From Candidatus Cloacimonadales bacterium (lineage in GTDB: Bacteria > Cloacimonadota > Cloacimonadia > Cloacimonadales > JAFGVF01): DNA of 64,000 bases. How positions within the stretch are numbered: position 1 is the stretch's first letter; every line of letters starts with the position of its first letter. Of this stretch, positions 9,492 through 19,800 are shown piece by piece. The position numbers and the translations under genes were made by a program. Below the pieces are notes generated by a model that saw nothing but the letters and a program-made list of their open reading frames with translations, was not told the DNA's origin and did no database searches. The stretch is from assembly GCA_963667035.1 (NCBI GenBank), contig OY762964.1, positions 1,888,001 to 1,952,000 of the forward strand, given 5' to 3'.

Positions 9492-11153
9492 CAGACTGTT
9501 GACAAAGCTATGAGTAAGATTTCATAGCTTTGTCTTTTTTTAGCTTAAAATAAGAACATCAATCATTGACAAAAACCCCCTTAGTTTATACTTAAACCAT
9601 CATAATTAGAGGTGGTTATGCTTAAAAAAGTTTCTGACACACAGTCCCAAATGGAATTTGTAATAATAGATGATCTTGTCCCGGAAGATCATATTCTACG
9701 CAAGATTGACAGGGTAATAGATTTTAGTTTTATTATGGACCGAACTGCTCATTTGTATTGCCCCGACAACGGTCGTCCCCCAGTGCATCCCATAACTTTC
9801 TTCAAAATGCTTTTTATTGGTTATCTATTTGGTATCCGTTCTGAGCGACAACTAATCAGAGAGATTCAGGTCAATGTAGCATATCGCTGGTTCTTAGGGT
9901 ATGGGCTTACTGATAAAATACCGAGTCATTCTCTCTTCAGCCAGAATCGTCGCAGACGCTTTACTGATAGCACTGTTTTTGAAGAGATTTTCATTGATAT
10001 TGTAAAACTTGGTATCGAGAATGGTTTGGTAGATGGCAAGGTTCTTTATAGCGATTCAACTCATCTGAAAGCTAATGCTAATAAAGGCAAATATGAATCA
10101 ATTAAAGTAGAGACCACACCTCAGAGTTATCTTGAAGATCTAAATAAAACAGTGGATGAAAACCGAAAAGCTCACGGTAAGAAGCCACTCCCACCTAAAG
10201 ACAATGACTTTAAAGGCGGTTCGTCACCCAAAGTTAAAGAGATTAAGTCTAGTAAAACAGATCCTGACAGTGGTTTCATGACGCGAGACAAGAAACCACA
10301 AGGTTTCTTCTATCTTGATCATAGAACCGTAGATCCTAAAGTAAACTTCATAACAGATGTTCATATTACCGCCGGCAATGTGAATGACAGTTCTTGCTAT
10401 ATTGATAGGCTAAAAGTGCAGCAAGAGCGTTTTGGTTTTGATGTCCTGGCAGTAGGTCTTGATGCCGGGTATGATACAGCTAATATATGCAAAGAATTAG
10501 TAGATATGGGAATCATGGGAGTAATAGGTTATCGTCGACTTGGAGGTAAAAAAGGTCTTTTCAAGAAGCGTGATTTTAAGTTCATTTCAGATAGAGACAT
10601 ATACATCTGTCCAGAAGGGAAAGAGCTTAAATATCGAACAACAAACCGTAACGGTTATGATGAATATGCATCCGAGAGTAGCTATTGTAAAAACTGTCCA
10701 ATGCTTAACAAATGCACCGAGAGCAAGAACCATCAAAAAGTTATCATGCGTCATGTATGGGAAGACAGTAGAGAGATTATCCATAAAAACAGGTTAACCT
10801 TTTGTGGCAAAGAGATATACAAAAAACGAAAAGAAACCATTGAGAGAAGCTTTGCAAATGCAAAGCAACTTCATGGTTATCGGTATGCGAAATATCGAGG
10901 TATAGAACGAGTTCGAGAACAAGCATATATGACATCAGTAGTTCAAAACATAAAGAAACTGGTTAAATACCTTTTCAATGGCATATCAGGGAAAGTGGCA
11001 TCAATGTTATTAGCTTTTTATGTTAATATATGCTCTGGTTTAGACGAATATAGAGCTAAATCTCATTATCCTGATATTGTACTCAACTAATCAGAAATAA
11101 ACTTACAATGTAAAAACCCAGTCATTTTCATAACTGGGTTTGTAAACGGTCTG
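9492..11153 (+). mobile_element. IS1182-family insertion sequence, copy 1 (1662 bp)
   Basis: Terminal IRs cagactgttgacaaa / rc cagaccgtttacaaa; 24-bp flanking direct repeat; same length as the copy at 44749-46410. Confidence 0.92.
9612..11090 (+). CDS. IS1182-family DDE transposase
   Basis: DDLVPEDHILRKID, GRPPVHP, DSTHLKANAN, TDPDSG, LDAGY, YICPEG and ETIERSFANAK motifs. Confidence 0.93.
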   Translation: MVMLKKVSDTQSQMEFVIIDDLVPEDHILRKIDRVIDFSFIMDRTAHLYCPDNGRPPVHPITFFKMLFIGYLFGIRSERQLIREIQVNVAYRWFLGYGLTDKIPSHSLFSQNRRRRFTDSTVFEEIFIDIVKLGIENGLVDGKVLYSDSTHLKANANKGKYESIKVETTPQSYLEDLNKTVDENRKAHGKKPLPPKDNDFKGGSSPKVKEIKSSKTDPDSGFMTRDKKPQGFFYLDHRTVDPKVNFITDVHITAGNVNDSSCYIDRLKVQQERFGFDVLAVGLDAGYDTANICKELVDMGIMGVIGYRRLGGKKGLFKKRDFKFISDRDIYICPEGKELKYRTTNRNGYDEYASESSYCKNCPMLNKCTESKNHQKVIMRHVWEDSREIIHKNRLTFCGKEIYKKRKETIERSFANAKQLHGYRYAKYRGIERVREQAYMTSVVQNIKKLVKYLFNGISGKVASMLLAFYVNICSGLDEYRAKSHYPDIVLN

Positions 11154-11177
11154 AAGAGCATGCTTTGGCATGCTCTT
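11154..11177. repeat. Target-site duplication, right copy
   Basis: Identical to 9468-9491. Confidence 0.9.
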
Positions 11178-11194
11178 CTTCACAAGTTATTTAT

Positions 11195-12925
11195 CTAAAA
11201 ACTAGGGTGAAAAACTGAAGTATTACTTGGTTTTGTAAACCAATCCAGATTGGATAATCCTCCGGAGTTAGCCCAGTTTCCAAATTCTCTATATGCTTGA
11301 AGAATGGATATATTCTCAATCGGGTGCATATAGTTCCCGGTATAATCAATTATTTCAAATCCCCAAGGTAAGTTCTCATCTGTCAGATACCATCTATCAT
11401 CTACCGGTATTGTAGAATCATTTCCGGTTCCGAATAGTTGTGTATCAGCAAAACTTGTAGCATGTCGTCCGGGTAGATGTATTTCACGCTCCGGATGATA
11501 GAAGTCATGTATAAAGAAATCAGATGATAGGGTAGCTTGAGAGTTACTTATCGGATCCATAGTAATCTCAAAGCTGAAGTTTTGATAAGGAGCGGAAATC
11601 CCAATTCCATTATTTTGATAATAAGGACTTAAACTGTCCAGCATTCCATCTATGACTGTAACCACATCATCATGGATAAAGGAATTTGTATTAGTTGACA
11701 CTAGTTGAATATTAGGATTTTCTACAGGGCTATATAATGATGAGTTACCTGAGTTCTCAGCCCAATCCAACTTCATTTCTAGGACATTATTAAGCGTTGC
11801 ACCGTTACCTCTAACTTCCAAATCAGTCTTTAAGTAAGTATACTCATTATTAGCATTCAATCCAAACTCTTGAGTTATGCCGAGAACAAGATCATTAAAG
11901 TCATAATCACCCGTATCAGGCCACAAATCCTCAAATGCAACAATAAGTTTGCCTTGAGTAGGATAAACTATCTTTATAGACTTATCAGAGTCATTTGGAT
12001 AGTCGTCATCTTCGTCACTTACTCCATCACCATCGCTATCAAGGATTGCCCCTACTCCATAAATACCTATATTATCAATCCAAAAAGCAGAATCATTCGA
12101 ATTGGAATACATAGTTAAAGTCACTTTAGTTGTACCTTCCGGAATTGTAATGTCTCTAGATATATTCTGCCAATAATCCCAGATTCCATGCCAATATGAG
12201 TCAATCCAAACATAGTTATCCCACGTCATAGCTCCATTATCAGCATAGCAAGTCAAATGGATTTGAAGTGCAAAATAACTATTCTGAGGATTGTTAATAT
12301 CAAAGTTAAAGGTTCCTTCCGAGCCTCCGCCAACAGCTACGGATTGGTACAGATAACCTTTCTTGGGATAAGAAAGATAGGTATTACCGTAACTCTCTAT
12401 CAGATTGAAATCATGAGTATAATTCTGATGAGTATAATACCAATTGCCGTCAATTGGAGGGACATAATTGGCGGGAGCCATAGTCAGGTTTCCGTTTTCA
12501 AATCCGGGATTATTCAGAAGATTACTAACGGTTCTATCTTCAATGTTTGATAAATACACATCTATCTTGTAATCAGGACCTAATCCATCCAGTTTCTTTT
12601 CCAGATTATATTTAGGAATAAGTATAGATAAGTCTCCGGCAAGATTGCTATGTCTTCCGTGTAAAGTCACACTTGATTCTTTTGCAATAACAGCAGAAAC
12701 AACTCCTCCTGCACCATCCAGTAATTCTACTCTGAGATTATCTCCTGAGTAACCATGTAGAGTTACATCTACAGTTGCATCGATAATATTATCCCAAGTA
12801 AAGTCTTCCGGTATCTGGAGCTCCCCAATCTCCATATAAGTTTCATTGTCATCTGAAGTACAACCGGTAAACGTTAACATCGCTAGTAGTAAAAGGCTCA
12901 ATATTCCAATTATCCGCTTCATCAT
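11195..12925 (-). CDS. LruC/DUF4842-domain lipoprotein
   Basis: Lipobox-like FTGC; DSDGDGVSDEDDDYPND Ca-binding repeat; AFEDLWPDTGDYDFNDLV, REIHLP and LPWG motifs. Confidence 0.8.
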   Translation of the reverse strand: MMKRIIGILSLLLLAMLTFTGCTSDDNETYMEIGELQIPEDFTWDNIIDATVDVTLHGYSGDNLRVELLDGAGGVVSAVIAKESSVTLHGRHSNLAGDLSILIPKYNLEKKLDGLGPDYKIDVYLSNIEDRTVSNLLNNPGFENGNLTMAPANYVPPIDGNWYYTHQNYTHDFNLIESYGNTYLSYPKKGYLYQSVAVGGGSEGTFNFDINNPQNSYFALQIHLTCYADNGAMTWDNYVWIDSYWHGIWDYWQNISRDITIPEGTTKVTLTMYSNSNDSAFWIDNIGIYGVGAILDSDGDGVSDEDDDYPNDSDKSIKIVYPTQGKLIVAFEDLWPDTGDYDFNDLVLGITQEFGLNANNEYTYLKTDLEVRGNGATLNNVLEMKLDWAENSGNSSLYSPVENPNIQLVSTNTNSFIHDDVVTVIDGMLDSLSPYYQNNGIGISAPYQNFSFEITMDPISNSQATLSSDFFIHDFYHPEREIHLPGRHATSFADTQLFGTGNDSTIPVDDRWYLTDENLPWGFEIIDYTGNYMHPIENISILQAYREFGNWANSGGLSNLDWFTKPSNTSVFHPSF

Positions 12926-12959
12926 TCCTCCTAATCAGACTAGCCATAAGAAAGCATAA

Positions 12960-13259
12960 CTACTCTTTTTGAAATCCTATCTTATTATTTTGTGTCTGTT
13001 GCCCCGTTACTTTGATCTCTCCGTATTGTTTTTCGTACATTTCAATGTTTTTCTGTAAGTTAAGCATCATTTGTTTTGCATGTTGAGGTGTTGTTAAAAT
13101 TCTACTCACAATCTTTGCCGAAGGCAATCCGGGCATTAATTTGCCGAAATCCAAGATAAATTCTGCCTGTGAGTTCGTTATCACGAAAAAGTTAGAATAA
13201 ATACCCTCTCCGACATTTTCATCAATTTTCAAATTAAGTTGCTTTTTCTGTTCTTTCAT
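12960..13259 (-). CDS. DUF3467-family protein
   Basis: GIYSNF...EFILDF...SRILTTPQHAK motif pattern. Confidence 0.8.
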   Translation of the reverse strand: MKEQKKQLNLKIDENVGEGIYSNFFVITNSQAEFILDFGKLMPGLPSAKIVSRILTTPQHAKQMMLNLQKNIEMYEKQYGEIKVTGQQTQNNKIGFQKE

Positions 13260-13407
13260 CTATACTCCTAAAATTTATTATGTGTCTATTTGTTTTCCAT
13301 TATGCTAAATATATAATACTAGATTAGTTATTAACGGCAAATATATATTTTAAAATATTCACTGCGAATACAATGGGGGATTTTATAATACGTTCGATAA
13401 TTGTCTA

Positions 13408-14595
13408 TTATTTATTAAATACTAGGAGCGGGACATGCATTTCCTCAGCAGTTTTTCCTCCGTGATAGCCTTTAAACTCTACCCTATCTTCAACTACAAG
13501 ATTATCTTGAAAAACGTAATTATCTTTCATGAAGAGGATATAATCACCGACTCTTTCAAACAATCCTTTGTTTTTAATATCAGGTCCAAACCAACCTTCT
13601 TGAATTACTTCCTCAGAAGATTTAACCTCGCAATATTGAGAAAGATTTGTTTCGATGTAGTCCAGAAACTTTCCGACCCTTGCCGGACGAACATAGCAGA
13701 AAGGTGTTCTTGGTTCGCCCATCAATGGCATTAACAAGCATTCTCTTAATTCGGGATGGTCATCCATGTGCAATACTTGTTCAGGACCAACATTAACAAA
13801 TCCATGATCTGCAGTACCAATGAACAATGAGTTTTCATTATCGTTAGCTTTGCTGATTTCATTCACCAATGTATCAAGTTTCTTCATGTGGACATAGGAT
13901 TCATCGCTATCTATACCGTATTGATGCGAGATTTTATCGAAAGTAGATATATATAAATAGATAAACTTCTTCTTTTCTGTTTTAACTTTCAGAATATCGT
14001 TAACAATATTCGGTATTTCAAGAACATCGTCATAACCGATTCTGGAAGCATTTCCTGAGTGGGATAATGCAAATGGTGTATTTAAGATGTGATTCCCGGA
14101 TATAAGAAAGAAATTACCGTTCATCTTATCGGCAACACCTTTAAAATGATATACTTTCTCTCTATCCACATTCATTTTATCGAATGTTATGTTTGAGTAT
14201 CTTGGCGAGAAGGTAAGTATTGTTGTAGCAGTAGCTAATTCTTTCACATAAGTGTACCAACCGGTCAAACAATGCTCTGATGGAGACATTCCGGTCAAGA
14301 ATGAGGTAATGGCAGAAGCTGTGGTTGAAGGAAATACGGTAGACAATCTATCCTCAAGATGTTCTAATAAGAAAGTTCCTTCACCTCTACGTTGTAAATA
14401 ATTGTACCCCATACCGTCCAGTATGAGAAACAGGTAATTATCGTATTGTTGAATCGGTTTAGGTAAATCCAATTCCAATGCTTTATAATGGCAATCATTA
14501 TCTCCTCCTGCCACTCTCAAAGAAGCGACAAGATTCAAGATACCTTTTTCTTCGTAATCGGGAAATTTTGTAGTATAATCCATAAACTTGTTCAA
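13408..14595 (-). CDS. Alkaline-phosphatase-superfamily nucleotide pyrophosphatase/phosphodiesterase
   Basis: LILDGMG, TVFPSTTASA, DKISHQYG, TADHG and GYHGG metal/catalytic motifs. Start may be ATG 14583. Confidence 0.85.
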   Translation of the reverse strand: MNKFMDYTTKFPDYEEKGILNLVASLRVAGGDNDCHYKALELDLPKPIQQYDNYLFLILDGMGYNYLQRRGEGTFLLEHLEDRLSTVFPSTTASAITSFLTGMSPSEHCLTGWYTYVKELATATTILTFSPRYSNITFDKMNVDREKVYHFKGVADKMNGNFFLISGNHILNTPFALSHSGNASRIGYDDVLEIPNIVNDILKVKTEKKKFIYLYISTFDKISHQYGIDSDESYVHMKKLDTLVNEISKANDNENSLFIGTADHGFVNVGPEQVLHMDDHPELRECLLMPLMGEPRTPFCYVRPARVGKFLDYIETNLSQYCEVKSSEEVIQEGWFGPDIKNKGLFERVGDYILFMKDNYVFQDNLVVEDRVEFKGYHGGKTAEEMHVPLLVFNK

Positions 14596-14802
14596 TTTAT
14601 TTCCTAGTTTCAGTCAAGTTTTTAATAATTGCTTTCTCAATGAAGAACTTTAATTCTTAACACTTGTATCATTCAAAATCCCACAGGAAATGCTGTAACT
14701 CTTAGTATAAATCCGAGTATCATGAAAACCATCGGTAAACGAGAACAGTAACACATCTTCAATTCCTAATCGCTTCCTATTTCACTCCCTTTTTTGTCTC
14801 AT

Positions 14803-16195
14803 AATGGCGAGTGACCCTTAAAAGTATCCACCCTAGGGAGGTCAAAGTTTTACCAAGAAAAATACTACGTAAACTACATGATATAATATCATCAATAGAG
14901 ACCGGTGTCTTTATGGGTTATATACTTGATAAAAATGCAGTTAATCAGTTAAAGGAATATTTTAATGAATTGGATTATTTCTAGAGAAATGCAGAGTAAA
15001 TGTTTCATCCACGCAATGAGCGTAGCGAATGGAGGGGATGAAACATTCGCCTTGAATACTTGGATTATATATATCCTACAAAAAAAGAGTGCCAGCAATC
15101 TAAGAATTAGATATACTGACACTTATGACATATTTAGAGATGAGATTACTCAGTAAAGAATTTAAGTCAAGAACTCTTTTACGGTATCAGATGTATACTC
15201 TTTCAATGCAGCATGGCATATCTGAAACAGCTAGGATGTTAGGCACAACCAGGAAGACTGTTCGTCTCTGGAGAAATAGGTATCTTGAGCTTGGAGAGGC
15301 AGGTCTCGAGAATAAGTCCAGGGTTGGTCAGAAACATCCTCTGAAGATGCCAAAAGATATTGAAGATGCTATCATCAAAGAACGTAAAGATCGTGGCAAT
15401 CCAGGAGCTCGCACTATAGTAAATAATCTGAAATTGCATTACTCAGCAAAGACCGTTCATAAGGTATTAAAGAGACATAAGCTTGTTTTGAAAAGAAAAA
15501 CAAGATACAAGAAAAAGAAAGATATGTCAGCTGTAAGAGCACACTATAAGCCTATGCAGAAACTTCAGCTCGATGTTAAATACCTAAATGATATTGCTAA
15601 ACAGAGTAGAGCATATGAGTCAGGTGCAATACCTATGTTTCAGATTACTGCCAGAGATTACAAGACAGGAATGGTATTTCTAGGCTTTACAAACTATAAA
15701 GATGATCTCTCAACTGCCATTTTTGCGGATTACGTAATTGAATACCTAAAAGGGTTACATTGCTCTCCTAATGATATTACTTTCCAAACAGATAACGGTA
15801 CTGAATTTATTGAACCTCTTCATAGTAGAGTCACAATCTTTGAAGAAATCTTAAACAAACATGGAGTAACTCATGTTCGCATACCTCCAAAATCTCCAAC
15901 ATTCAACAGTGATGTAGAAAGCTTTCACAACACCATAGAACAAGAATTATATGATTATGAAGAGTTTAGAGACATTATATCTTTCATTAGTAAAGTCTTC
16001 ATATATCAGACTTACTACAACCATATTCGTAAAATCAGGACTAGAGGCAACAAGGCCCCCGTTGAGTTAGTCGCAGAATATGGACTTAAGGCTAAAACTG
16101 CTGATTTATGCTTTATCCCCATATTCTGCGACTCTTTTAGAAAGAATTTTCTTGCTAATTACAAAACTGGATACTTTAAAGGGTTACCTCCCACA
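14803..16195 (+). mobile_element. IS481-family insertion sequence
   Basis: Imperfect IRs: gtgacccttaaaagtatcca (14811-14830) vs rc of tggatactttaaagggttac (16168-16187). Right end finishes ...ACA at 16195; exact left end uncertain. Confidence 0.7.
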
Positions 16196-16198
16196 TAG
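15125..16198 (+). CDS. IS481-family transposase (HTH + integrase core)
   Basis: N-terminal HTH (ETARMLGTTRKTVRLWRNRY); QLDVKY, QTDNGTEF, NSDVESFHNT and YYNHIR DDE core. Confidence 0.85.
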   Translation: MTYLEMRLLSKEFKSRTLLRYQMYTLSMQHGISETARMLGTTRKTVRLWRNRYLELGEAGLENKSRVGQKHPLKMPKDIEDAIIKERKDRGNPGARTIVNNLKLHYSAKTVHKVLKRHKLVLKRKTRYKKKKDMSAVRAHYKPMQKLQLDVKYLNDIAKQSRAYESGAIPMFQITARDYKTGMVFLGFTNYKDDLSTAIFADYVIEYLKGLHCSPNDITFQTDNGTEFIEPLHSRVTIFEEILNKHGVTHVRIPPKSPTFNSDVESFHNTIEQELYDYEEFRDIISFISKVFIYQTYYNHIRKIRTRGNKAPVELVAEYGLKAKTADLCFIPIFCDSFRKNFLANYKTGYFKGLPPT

Positions 16199-16853
16199 AT
16201 TGCATCATTAGATTTGATCTTACGTGAATATATTAATATTGTAAGCAACACTCTTTTCTCATAGACCCGTTGCCAAGAAGAGCATGACAAATGTAAACAA
16301 TCAGGGAAGTCAAGTATAGCTTAACTTGACACGCAATCAAATTCACTACTTACATATATTTTTATATACCGGTATGTTGTCTGATTGTAAACTAAGTTTG
16401 CATGGCTTTTCCCTTGAAGAAAAAGTTTACGATAGTTCCATTTTACTCAAAGCATAGTACAGTTAGATTAGTGATTTGTTTACAATAAACATACAGCTCT
16501 TTCTAACACATGCTTTATTAATAGGTTAGTACTTATATATCTATCATTTGAGAAAGGAATTAGTTGCTAAAATTTAATTTTTACTTTACACAGAATCACA
16601 ATAATGTAGCTTCTGTCCTTAAAAGTTGTGTCTTGAAGGGGAAAAATCAATATATGACTACATAGCCTATTCAGTTTCATGAGTTTCTAAGAGCTTAGAG
16701 AGTGTGAATTGAATTCAATGAATAAGAGCAAAAAAAGGAGTAAAGGACCATTCTATCATTTGACTTTATAAAAAAATGGAACGCATATTGCATGTGAAAC
16801 CTGAATATATATATAGATATAAGCAAAACCTAAAAAAAGAGGTAACAAGAACT

Positions 16854-19800
16854 ATGAAAAAGGATCCACTGCTTTTACTTTTGGCAGTATTGTTATTTGT
16901 AACATTACCATTAATGGCAAGTAATGATATTGAAGCCTCAACAGTAAAAAACTTTGAAGTGCTGGAATCAACCGGTAATTCAACAATTATCCAATTCAAC
17001 TTACCTAAGTTCCAAGTAGAAACTCAGAAGTTGAACGGAATGACTTTCAATAAGATTGAAACAGAATGTGACGGTTATGTGCCTGAATTGGGCAAACCTG
17101 AGCTTCCACTATACTCGACAATGGTTGCAATACCATACAGTGGTTCAGTCTCTTTAGAAGTTGTTAACAAATCCTCTTACCAGATAGATAATTTCACAGC
17201 AGTTCCGGCACAGGATTACACTGTGGAAAATGAAATGGAAAGATCTTTTGCTATCAATGAAGAATTTTACAATTCTGATGTACAATATCCTGAAGTTGCT
17301 GAATCAATCTCAGATCCTATGATCGTTAGAGATTTCCGTGTTGTCGCATTGACATTTAGCCCTTTCACATACAATCCGGCTACCAGAAGTTTAACTGTTA
17401 ACGAAAACATTACATATAAACTTTCATACGATAGTGCTCCTAGTGTTAACGAAATGGAAGCACCTATCATGTATTCACCAAGTTTTAAGCCTCTATATCG
17501 TAGCATGATTGTTAATTATGACTTAGTCGTAGACAGATCAATCCCTACCGATAATATGAGACTTCTCATTATATACGGTGCAGGTGGGGATGCAACGTTT
17601 AATGCAAAGCTAGATGAATTTGTTAAATGGAAAAAACAGAAAGGTTATAAAGTTACTACACAATCAACAAGTGTAATTGGAACTACAACCGATGATATTC
17701 ATGCATATATTCAGAGCAAATACAACAATATATATACTAGACCGGAATACATAACTCTTGTTGGTGATGTAAATGGTGCATTTAATATTAGTTGCTACAC
17801 TGTACATGGTGGCTCATCTGATTATCCATATACTTATCTTGCCGGTGAGGACATCATGGGTGATGTATTTATCGGTCGTATGCCAATTGAGAATGTTGAT
17901 GATTTTCTAACTATGGCTAATAAAGTATTCTATTTTGAAAGAGATACTGTTCCTGTACCTCCAACATGGTATAATCACATGCTTCTTGTTGGATATACGA
18001 ATTCAGCCGGTCAATCATCAATGTATGTTAATAAATTCATGAAAGACTCAGGTTTAAGAGTAAATCCCGATTATACTTTCACGGAAATATACGGAACTCC
18101 AACGGCAACAGCTATGCAACAAACTCTCAATCAGGGTGCAGCTTTCTTCATGTATAGAGGTTGGGTTGGTATGAATGGTTGGGATTACCCATCAGAAAAT
18201 GAGTTTACCAATGGTAACAGGATGACTCATTGTATCATTAACACTTGCGGTACAGGTAACTTTAATGGTACCGACGCAACAGATTCTATAGTTAGATATG
18301 GTTCACCTGCAGCTCCTAAAGGTGCGATTACAGCTATCGGTATGGCTACATCAAGTACTCATACTTTGATGAACAATGTACTTTCATCACAAACAGTCAA
18401 CGGTATTTTCAGCCTTGGCTACAGAAACATGAGTGCTCCACTTCTATCATCAAAGATACTTCTTTATATGGTTTATCATGATTTCATGATTGATTATGCC
18501 GAAAAATTCCCTGGTTGGTGTAACCTTATGGGTGACCCGACTGTTGAAGTATTTATCAGCCCTCCGGACCACATTGATGCTGATTATCCAATGGAAGTAT
18601 TCCCGGGACAAACATGTTACCCTGTAACAGTTAAAGATGATAATGGTGATCCTATAGTTGGAGCTATCGTTACAATAGTAAACGATGATATGCATCTTAT
18701 TCTTGAAACAGATGTAAACGGTAATGCAGTTTTCGAATTACCTGATGATCTTACTGAAAATACTACTTTCACAGTAACTGTTTCACAACATGATTATGTA
18801 CCTGAATTCGACAACATCACCGTTCATGCAGATGATGGAATTCATATTGCCAGTTATGAGATACTTGATGCGGATAATGGTAATAATGACGGAACTCCTG
18901 ATGCAAGCGAAACTTTCTTTGTTAATATCACTTTAACAAATCCGGGAGCAACAGCAATCAACGCAGCAAACGTTGAGATTAGTTCTGAGGATCCTTATAT
19001 AAATATTTTACAAAACACATCAGCTTTCGGCACAATTGCTTCGGGAGCTAGTGTTTCTAATGCAACCCCTTATGAAATGCATGTCTATGGCAGTTGTCCT
19101 GAACAATATATGGCATCAATTAAGCTTCAAGTTGTTGGAGAACCTTACGAAACTTACTTAGGTTTAGATATTCGTAACGGCAATATTGATGTCGATTCTT
19201 ATACAATTTACGATAATAATGGAATTCTTGAACCGGGTGAAACTGCATGGATGAGTCTAAGCCTTATTAACAATGGTGAACATACAATTGCAGGACTTCA
19301 TGCTGAACTTTCCAGCACAAGCAATCTTGTCTACTTTGATGACAATCAAGCTTACTATGGCTATGCTATTCCGGGTACAGTAATCACAAACATTACAGAC
19401 GGTTTATATGTTACTGCAAGAAATCAACTCTTAACAGGAACTGATATTGTAATTGACCTTCACCTTTATAATGATGACGGTTATGATGAATGGGATAAGC
19501 TTTATATCTCTACAGGCTCACAAAACATTGGTCACCCATCAGGTCCTGATGCATTCGGTCACTACATCTATCATATGGATGATACAGACTGGGCAGATGC
19601 ACCTACTTATAACTGGATAGAAATCATTCCTTCTCAAGGTGGAAACGGAACAGAGTTTACCGGTCACTCAGACACAGGTACTGACGACGGTGACGGTGAC
19701 ATCACAATGTCTGATACAATAGACAACACTGATTTACCTTTCACATTCACTTGGTACGGTGTTGACTATGATGAAGTTTATATCTGTACTAACGGTTTCT

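Noticed and set aside
14660..14780. Minus-strand fragment KRLGIEDVLLFSFTDG resembling an IS256 transposase motif
   Set aside because: Too short, with no start and no further recognisable motifs; needs a translated search.
14985..15060. Integron attC site
   Set aside because: No clear RYYYAAC/GTTRRRY core pair and no integrase or cassette array.
16285..16490. Recurrent TGTAAAC/GTTTAC words upstream of the C25 gene as operator sites
   Set aside because: Irregular spacing in very AT-rich DNA; cannot be separated from chance by eye.
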